Of a stretch of 64,000 bases of DNA, positions 58,692-64,000 are shown piece after piece. The position numbers and the translations under genes are program-made. This DNA comes from Leidyana gryllorum EB-2025a (taxonomy: Eukaryota > Protista > Apicomplexa), in contig JBLWGC010000140.1 in the NCBI GenBank assembly GCA_048772705.1, positions 186,001 through 250,000 on the forward strand, in the 5' to 3' direction. Every line of letters starts with the position of its first letter. Positions within the stretch are counted from its first letter, which is position 1. Below the pieces are notes generated by a model. It saw only the letters and a program-made list of their open reading frames with translations. It was not told the origin of the DNA and searched no databases.

Positions 58692-60781
58692 CTATTTGAT
58701 AGAGTAGTAGAGTAATGAATTAGGACGATGTCCCCGCACCTCGTATGGGGTCATACTCCGTATGTAGTAGGCTAGGTATGTATATGTGTGAGTCTAGCTT
58801 TTAAACGTCGCGCGTACCCGCAGATATGTGGGCTCAATTGCTGCATAAAGTGAGTTTGGAAGGTTCGATCGCTCTCCAATCGCCATATGAGGTTTGAATG
58901 TATATCTTGAGAGAGAGTAATATCGTCAACCTCCTGCATTGTACCCGCCGCTTCGTACCTGATCCAATGTCAGACTTGTTGATAAAGGCATCCAGAATCC
59001 CGCTCGTGGCTACGACGACGCGTACCATTGCCACAGAAAGCATCATCATGTCTGCGCCAATCTGTCAGCACACACAATCATCATCATCTCTAGCTAGCTA
59101 CTACAACAATAGCCAGCCAGCCAGTCAAACAGACATTATCAATCAGGCCCGCAAAGTGGCGAAAAATCCAGGCCTCACTACTATTCCGCAATAGAAACAA
59201 TGTAGACAGCGAGAAGCACGTCGTAGTCAAGTACAGCTCCCACGCACTCATAACTCAAACAATCCATCCTTCACTCCGAAAGAGGCAGAGAGGAGATCGA
59301 AGGCAGACAAAGGGATGGATGGACGGTAGATAGATAAACGTATGTCAGATTCAGAGGGCCTCCCAGACGGGACCCAACAACACAGCGATAACAGGGGAGG
59401 CTCAGATATGTACATACAAGAGACAGCCAAGTCCCAATAGAGAAGGAAAGAAAGAGAGATACAGAGAGTATAAAGGTAAATGTGTGAGTGTAAATATGTG
59501 TGACTTTGAGCTCTCGGTGCCGCCTTCACCAATAACGTAAACTTTTCGGCCTCAATACCAACATTCACCATCCGACGAGACCAACTCGTTTTTCGCCGCC
59601 CCGCTTCGAGTGGGATTGATATCATCACAGCGAGGAAGAGAGAAAGCGGACGACAAAGCCACAGACAAATGGAGAGACGATCGCAATGCACGCCCTCTTC
59701 TTTTGTCGCCGGTTGTCATGAATGTTCATCGTTGGCTTGAAGGGCGTGCGCGCGCGCAGTCTTCGAAATCCACAGATATTCAATGTACATTGACCAACAC
59801 TGATCAATGTCGCCGCCCAACCCGCGGTCCAGGGAGATTGACACTCAAGTATTGAAGTCGTAATTCCAATCAATCAATCTGTTCCATCAATCGAGCAGTC
59901 GTCTCTGTATGTGTGTGTGTGTCTCTGGAGTGGTCGGTTTACTTAATGTCTCGGCCCCGCTCCGTTGTGGGGCGACCGAGTGGTGTGTGTGGGCGTGTGA
60001 ATTTGGCCTCTATTATGCGGTATTACTGTTCCGTTTGCGTTTTGGCGATAGATTGATTATTGGTCATTCGGTAAATATGAGTCAATCAGTCAGTCAGTCA
60101 GTCGGTCAGTCATCATAAGACGGGCAAATCTGTCATAAGGGGAGAAATCATTTAGCTTCGCGCACCGCAGACCACACAATCCTCCTCAATTCCCGAATAC
60201 AACGTGTGTGTGTGCGTGTGTGTGCACGCGGACCGCCGATGACGAGGGTGTGTAGGTTTGCCGTAATGAACCATTGTAAATCATATACAGTTCGTGTTGG
60301 TGTTATTTGAGACTGACAGTGAAACGAGTATTGTGAGTGGCGGCAGGCGGCGGACAAACCCTGCTGCTGCTGCTATTTTCCTTCTCTTCCGCCTCAGACT
60401 GGGTTGGAAGTAAAGCTTTCTATGGAGGAGCGAGAGTATGTATAAGCGCGCGAGCGAGCAATTAGAGAGAGACACAGAGAGATGTAACATGGCGGCGCGC
60501 AAGCACGACGATGATGACGACGACGACACGTACGAGCGACACGGTGTTGACGTCGTTCCTCCACACCGCGGGCCGAAGGATCAAATCAAACGCACACAAA
60601 TGGCGAACACGGGCGCGCGCGCGCCCGCAAGCTCGCGATATGATAGGGGACGGCGACGGTGCACCGGAAAGAAGGGAGTTGAATAAAGGGACTGTGGTGA
60701 TAAAGAAAGACGATCGGATTCTGAGGGCATTATATGCGTTTCCTCGGGTTTGGGGTGGCCTTCGCAGGCCTCTATAGTTGC

Positions 60782-63399
60782 CTACTGAGGAGCGGCAGTA
60801 CTTGTGGAGGGGGCGGCGGTTGCATAGCACATCGAGGGCATCCCCCAACCGCCGTACGAGCTCGGAACAGAATAGTAGGCACCATAGTGTGGGTCCACAA
60901 CGCACACCGGAGCGGGCTGGCCCGGATGCCAGTACATCGGGATACCCGCTACGTAACTGCCAGATCCGAGAGCAGTCTCTTCCTCCTCAATCTTCTCCAA
61001 CTCGTCTTCCGGCACTCCAACTCCAGTCACCAAACAGACCACTGAAGGGGCAGGAGCTGGAGTCGCTGGCACATAGTAGCAACCCATCATGGGGTTCACC
61101 ATCAGTTGGACTGGATGCAACATATCCGGGAGCGGCTCTCGACGTCTCGGGTTCGAACTTCCGCGGGGAGACACGCTGCTTCCCATTGGATTTGCACTCA
61201 GAGCCTCGCCCATTGTCTCACGAGTGAGCTCGGAACGAGCAGAACGCGGCGAGCTCTGCGCCGTCAAGGCCTCATAGTGCTGGGGAGCAGCAGTCGACTC
61301 TTCAGCGCGTGGTGTCGAGGGCTTTGTTTGCTGCTCGTTATCAGAAGGCGGAGAAGAACTGTTCACCGCTTGCGATGGTAACTGTTCACAGAGCTTCGCA
61401 TTGATCCGTGCCGCCTCCTGGGCACAATCCTCAATCATCCGCTCCTTCTCCTCCGCAGACAAACTGAACACTTTACCCTTCGAATACAATGAGCTGACCG
61501 ATCTCGCAGCGGCTGAAGAGCCAAACACGCTCTCAATAGTCGCTGATCCTCCGGGACTGCGACGCCCGTTGCTGCCGCGACCACCACATCGACTCTTCCT
61601 GTTACACGAGTGGTTCGCCAGTCTTTCACCATTCCGACTCAACGATTCCCGATTCGGCACAAACGAAACCATCAAATTGGCTGGGCGCTCCTCGGAGGTG
61701 ATGGATAGAATGTCTTCCTTCACATCGCCCGGAGTGATCGCGGACTGAATTGTCCGGCGCCACAACTGAATGTCGTTCCCACGCCGCACATCACGAATGT
61801 GAAGTGAAACAAGATTCTGAAGAAACAGAAAGATGTGATAGAGATCAGAGGCAGTATCATCGAGGCACGCAAGCGAGCACACGGGAACACTGAGAGGGGG
61901 ATATATGTGGCGTAAAATCAGTAGTTTCACACCGACTACGGAGAGAGACGGCACTTTGCGATCGGCACTCGACTGCGGAGACGGAGACGGCGCAAACACG
62001 CACACGCTTGTCGACCCCAAAGACTGCGCGAAAGTCCCGACTGACAGTCGATCCGCCATGCCTGCAGTGTTCGAGTCCTCCCCAAGTAGTTGATTGAAAC
62101 TCGCTCTCCCACCCCATGTGCCACCATGTAGGTACAGACAGAATGCGCACAAGACACAAGTACGTGGACCGTCATCCATCTCCCAGCATAAGCAGAATGT
62201 ACAACTCACATAGTTCTTCCAGTCTCGGAAGAGTCCAGAGAAGAAACCCAAAGCCGTCTTGGTGAATATTGCCTGAAAGTGTATGTTGATTGGTGAGATT
62301 GCAAGTCGCGACTTACCTCGGTATCATCGCGCGCGAAATTCTTGACGAGAAATCTGCCACCCGTTTCGTTGGCGCTATCCTCCCAAATGGGTCTGATGCC
62401 TTCTCGGCAGAAAGCTATAACCGAATTTGGGGGAAGAGTGTTCCAGTCGAGCATTCGATGGAACTCAAAGAATTCGGAGACACGGGTGAAAATCCCGATT
62501 TTATGCATGCCTCCTTCGTATACTTCTTTATTGATCCCCTTCCGGGCTCCGCCCGATGGGAGTGTATACCAAATCTCAAACCGTTCGTGGAAGATTACGT
62601 CGCCATCTTCCTCGGTCATGTGACCCTCGAGGGGTCGCGCAGTCTCCGATATTTGGGACGCGCATTCAGTGTCGCTCGGGGGCTCAGATACAGCATCTAT
62701 CGAGGATGTTGTTGTTGGAGGGGGTGGATTGGTGGAGTAGGCGGCGGATTCGGGTTCAGAAGTAGGAGTTTCGGGTTCGGGTTCGGCAGGCCAGCCTCGC
62801 ATTCGACCTTCAAAGGTGGCTGGGGAACGGCTACGACTATCATCGGTCGCCTTGGTGTGTTTGTGGAAGGGCGGATCAGCGGGTTCAGGGGGATGTATCG
62901 TTGCCGCAGTCGGCGGCTCCGAGGGAAGGCTGATGGTGGGGGCTGATGAATTTTGGGATGTGGGAGTGGAGTCTTCAGGGGCAGAATCGTTTGAGCAGGT
63001 GGAAGGATCCTCTTCGATAATGGAAGACGAGGGAATGGAAGTGGAGGACTCAGTAGAGGAGAGGGGAGCTGCTGCCTCCTTCTGCTGCTGCTGTTGAGCA
63101 GTAGCCAGAGAGGAGGTCTGTCTAGGCCAGTCAAGCAATACCTCGAGGGAGGATATGCCAGCGAATCGTCGTTTTCTCGGGGCGTCCGGGTTGTTAGCAG
63201 GAGTGGCTGGTGGTTTCGACGACGGCGGCGGAGTGGCCATAGAGGCCGCGGCGTGTCCACGAGACGCGCCTCCTCGGTAGGATGAACTTGCGTTCATACG
63301 GCGGTTACCACCCGCTCCGCGTCTACCATGATGTCTTGAGGAAGCTGGAGATTGTCTGTCGTTGGAATATGCGTCCATAGCAGCAGCCGTCGCGCGCAT
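60782..63399 (-). CDS. Atypical eIF4E-family cap-binding protein with long N- and C-terminal extensions
   Basis: FEIWYT, FTRVSEFF, REGIRPIWEDSANETGGRF, DIQLWR. Introns near 62317-62274 and 62209-61817. Confidence 0.88.
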
Positions 63400-64000
63400 G
63401 GAGCGGCTATAGCTGTCAGTGCTGCAGGGACGGGGTCGGAGAGCCTCGCCGCGAACGGTTTCGGGTTCGACCTGGAACTCGTCATCTGACTGAGAGGAGA
63501 TAAGGAGATAGTTTGCCTCTGTACACTCACCACTTCAATTTCAGACCACAACTTCCCCGTAGTTTTGGATAGAATAGTGTCCGTGGACATCATTTGGAGT
63601 GACTTGGTTGGAACCTCGTTTCAATGGACAGCGAAAAAACCCAAGTAGATTAAAAATCTACTTGACAATGCAAGAGGGACTAGCACGAGACTTGGCGCAG
63701 CAAGAGGGGATTAGAGGCTATTGAGCGTGAGAGCGGTTAATCACGAATGCTTTCCCACTGGGAGTGATGCGATAGTTCGGAGTAAAGTGGCGGGAACCAA
63801 AATTTTGTTTTCTTAACCATCATTCAAGCAAACACGACACAACGATAGCGCTCCACACGTCTCTATCCTACGCCCAGAGTGCCAATGTACCGTCTTGATG
63901 CCCTGTCATAATCCAAGGTTGACTTGGATGCCATGCTACAGTTCGAACGCCCGACAAGTTTGACTGTTTTCAGATAGAGTGTCAATTAACCCTTTACATT

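Noticed and set aside
63643-63665. caagtagatt/aatctacttg hairpin
   Set aside because: It is an isolated 10-bp inverted repeat with no supporting context.

Overview
Very gene-dense eukaryotic DNA with short (mostly ~45-90 nt) GT-AG introns and the standard genetic code. It is most likely an alveolate/apicomplexan, possibly gregarine-like; this is inferred from a tail-anchored ELP3 and an alveolin/articulin-type VEV repeat protein. Recognisable genes: a Ser/Thr kinase, PRPS, a bacterial-type CAP protein, a ~5,400-aa multi-exon giant protein, a GT25-like glycosyltransferase, a short EMC1, CK2-alpha, a GRIP golgin, an F-box protein, an M50 protease, ELP3, eRF1, an EF-hand protein and an atypical eIF4E. 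The main discovery is a region the ORF track does not explain (37.0-38.4 kb), which is a mixed C/D + H/ACA snoRNA cluster of about 10 RNAs. It holds a SNORD97-like guide for Cm34 of elongator tRNA-Met, an Am100/SNORD57-like guide, four mosaic SNORD31/snR67-like copies that superficially mimic a CRISPR array, and two covarying H/ACA paralogs. Also notable are genes packed only 16-43 bp apart (head-to-head pairs 29-63 bp apart), a tandem trio of diverged orphan paralogs, and stop-free in-frame introns. Exon boundaries were read by eye and family assignments come from recalled motifs, not database searches.
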